In this document: piece after piece, positions 62,116 to 64,000 of the stretch
Numbering within the stretch: the stretch's first letter is position 1
Layout: each line of letters starts with the position of its first letter
NCBI GenBank assembly: GCA_964016885.1
Contig: OZ024740.1
Span: 74,834,001 to 74,898,000, forward strand
DNA from: Eledone cirrhosa
Taxonomy: Eukaryota
DNA: 64,000 nucleotides
Direction: 5' to 3'
Notes under the pieces: generated by a model
What the model was told of the DNA's origin: nothing
The model's input: the letters and a program-made list of their open reading frames with translations, nothing else
Database searches by the model: none
Made by a program: the position numbers and the translations under genes

Positions 62116-62722
62116 TGCTTATATCCATACATCAATGCATGCATTCATATGCACCCATGTATGCACGTATGCGCGTATGTATGTTCTTCTGGTTTTATAA
62201 TCTCACAAAGTTTTACCAACAGAGAGAGAGTCGGTTTCTAACATAGACACAAGACTCTCTCATTGGAATTTACACAACATCAACTAGGTAGATATGTCTG
62301 CATGCATGTGTAGATATGGATGTTATTGTATGTGTGGATGTGTATGTTTTGAGTTGTATGTGTGCATGTGTATATGCTTTGTATCTATACATGTGTATAT
62401 GCAGTTATTAGATGCAACATTTTTGGAATGTTTTACATATTTTTACTGTTCCATTAATGGATTGTACTTGTAGTTTCCTAACTAGTTGTGTTCTTTCTGT
62501 TCCTGTGAAGCCTAGCTTCTCAAGATTTGTATGTATGTATGTATGTATGTATGTATGTATGTATGTATGTATGTATGTATGTATGTATGTATATGAAAAT
62601 CTTACATATACCAGTGTGTAAAATAGCGTGCGTGTTTATGCATGCGTATGTAATTGTGATGTACTGGGTGTGTTTAAATAACATGTCTGCATTCCACAGG
62701 CAACATTAGTACTACAGGAAGG

Positions 62723-62766
<44 letters not shown>

Positions 62767-62784
62767 CTCTCTCTCCCTCCCTTT

Positions 62785-62838
<54 letters not shown>

Positions 62839-63313
62839 TACATACATATATATATATATTGGACATGTGGCGTTCTGGTAAACCAGAATTTCACACGTGG
62901 GAACATCATGTGTTATGACGTTTTCGGGCAATATTCCCATGTAGTATATATTTCTGTTTGACATTGCAAGCTCGGAGCAGCAGAATTCGAATAAACACGA
63001 CAGCAAAGTATAATGACGATGACAGCAATATACAGTACTCTACTTTTTGCTCAATGTCATCGCCGTCATCTTTGTCTTTGTTGTCGTCATCATCATCGTC
63101 ATCACCGTCTCCATCATCATTTGCTCCCTCACACTATGCTCTAAACGATTTTCTAAAAGCTTTCAATGAAGCAGCCAAAAATACTCATACATATACAAAC
63201 GTACACGCATCCACGCACACACACATTCACACACGCACACGCTCATACACACTCGGAGAGGAATTCCATACACCAATGTACATATACAGATATACAGATA
63301 GATAAATAAATAA

Positions 63314-63354
<41 letters not shown>

Positions 63355-63359
63355 CTATA

Positions 63360-63890
63360 ATTGTTTCTACTTTAGGCACAAGGCCAGCAATTACCCAGTG
63401 CATTACTGGTACTTTATTTTATCGACCCCGTAAGGATGAAAGGCAAAGTCAACCTCGGCGGGATTTGAACTCAGATCGTAAAGGGACGTAACTATGCTGG
63501 AAAGCATGGCGTCCGACCCTCTACCGATACTGCCAATCCACCATATATAAACTATAATAAAGAGTAAGAAGCGCGGGACTGCGTACGGTTTATAATTTGT
63601 AAAATAATTAGTAAAATAAGTTGGATTACTTTGAATAAATAATTGTTTCTTATATAGGCACAAGTCCAGCAAATACCCAATACATTACTGGTACTTTATT
63701 TTATCGACCCCGTAAGGATGAAAGGCAAAGTTAACCTCGGCGGGATTTGAACTCTGAATAAATAATGAATGAATATTACATAATTTATCCCGCCGAGGTT
63801 AACTTTGCCTTTCATCCTTACGGGGTCGATAAAATAAAGTACCAGTAATACACTGGGTAATTGCTGGCCTTGTGGCAAAAGTAGAAACAA
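63360..63890. mobile_element. Three young SINE copies (63360-63542 -, 63642-63755 -, 63789-63889 +)
   Basis: Near-consensus family sequence; TSDs atatataaaa(a)ctataa and attacataatttatc. Confidence 0.9.
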
Positions 63891-64000
63891 TTACATAATT
63901 TATCTACTAAATTTCGTGGCTGTTCATTAAATATGTTATTACTTATTTAAAGATTCACTTCTTTAAAATTTTCAAATATCAACACTTCCGGTTAGTGATC

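Overview
AT-rich, repeat-saturated eukaryotic (animal) non-coding DNA. No host gene was recognisable. The SINE, RTE and microsatellite make-up suggests an octopus/cephalopod genome (inference). The window is a mosaic of decayed Penelope-like retroelements (PLEs; Naiad-type with YRDD RT and CxC..CPL.G.C/GIY-YIG, and a Neptune-type GIY-YIG), RTE LINE fragments (one with a long open RT frame), Helitron pieces, MITEs, many copies of a tRNA-derived SINE, two minisatellites and very long (TA)n/(CA)n arrays. Most ORFs in the supplied track are microsatellite artefacts. The main hidden signal is about 20 type I hammerhead ribozyme (HHR) motifs (stem I-CTGANGA-stem II-GAAA-short, often palindromic, stem III-NTH-stem I') from about 10 sequence families. 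They sit at PLE 3' ends, often as inverted fold-back pairs next to (TA)n tracts, and several occur as short ORF-less units. All motifs and coordinates were read by eye; no folding or database search was run.
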